Made by a program: the position numbers and the translations under genes. The notes beneath the pieces were generated by a model. The model did no database searches, was not told the origin of the DNA, and saw only the letters and a list, made by a program, of their open reading frames with translations. A stretch of DNA of 64,000 nt from Vicugna vicugna (Eukaryota): assembly GCA_013265495.1 (NCBI GenBank), contig MU058482.1, positions 344,962-408,961 on the forward strand, written 5' to 3'. This document shows, piece by piece, positions 63,209 through 64,000 of the stretch. The first letter of the stretch is position 1, and every line of letters starts with the position of its first letter.

Positions 63209-64000
63209 CTAAGATACGTAAGTATATGTCTTACTATGTTAGTACATTTGATGTTCTTGAAACATTTGAATATTTTTATAAAACAAATGTTTTAAGACCT
63301 GGATTGTTATTACTAATGTGGCTGGCCTTTTTTATTTCTCTCTGCATTCCTGGTTAGAAGTTGGGTGCTTGACTTTAAAAATGGCATTCTCCTAACAAAA
63401 CAAAACAAAATTTATGTTCATTGTAGAAAAATTGGATAATATATGATATTTCATCATAATTTTCACATCATTTAAAATGATTTGTAAATTTTCTAAAGAC
63501 TATAATTGCTGGTAATTAGAATAATGAGTTAAAAATGTATTTTACAAAAATGTGTGTAGAATATAACCAAATATTATAGCTCTGTGTAAGGTAAAAAACA
63601 AAAATTGACCCCTTTGTCTGCAACTTACTTTTACATCTGAAATCTTGATATGTTTCTTTAAGACTATATATACCCTCTGGGTCTGGGTTTTTGTTTTTTG
63701 TTGTTGTTTTTTTTTTTTTCTTCTTTAAGCCAGTCTGAGCAACTTGTCCCATTTCGTCCTTCACTAATACTTACCTTTTAAAATTCAGGAGAAATTGACC
63801 TGTCCTATAAGGGGGACTCCTCCAAAGTGTAAACTTCTATGATCCATGAGACAACTTCGGATAAGCTCACTTAGATCTAGTTCTATTTGTCGGGTTTTTT
63901 TGTTTGTTTTTTTTTTTTTAAGAGTAGCTTAATGAGTTACAAAGCAAAAACCCTTGTAGCTACTACTCAAGTTAATAAAACTAGAACTTGCCAGCAAGGT

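Noticed and set aside
1..64000. CRISPR arrays, operons or prokaryotic defence systems
   Set aside because: The sequence is intron-rich mammalian DNA; no regularly spaced direct repeats or long intronless ORFs seen

Overview
Mammalian genomic DNA, almost certainly a camelid: eight copies of the tRNA-derived Vic-1-type SINE are present. The window holds two head-to-head genes. RPGRIP1 lies on the minus strand. I traced 19 coding exons by hand from 28836 to 912 (3103 nt = 1034 codons + 1 nt, phases consistent), and the gene continues past position 1. HNRNPC lies on the plus strand, with a CpG-island promoter, non-coding exon 1 (~43372-43503) and the 26-nt non-coding exon 2 (48210-48235); its CDS is beyond the window. 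The remainder is intron/intergenic DNA rich in L1, L2, MIR, LTR and DNA-transposon relics. There is no CRISPR array, rRNA or true tRNA gene. Most notable observations: (1) a small retrotransposition with 5' inversion and probable 3' transduction landed on an RPGRIP1 exon/intron boundary and duplicated the 5' splice site; (2) an apparent frameshift turns the ancestral RPGRIP1 start into a 14-aa uORF, possibly rescued by a strong-Kozak ATG 4 nt after the stop; (3) a ~1-kb U-tract-rich module around HNRNPC exon 2 (uORF-creating cassette exon, NAGNAG acceptor, G-U hairpin, intronic poly(A) site) looks like an autoregulatory circuit. Comparisons with human sequences are from memory and need checking by alignment.
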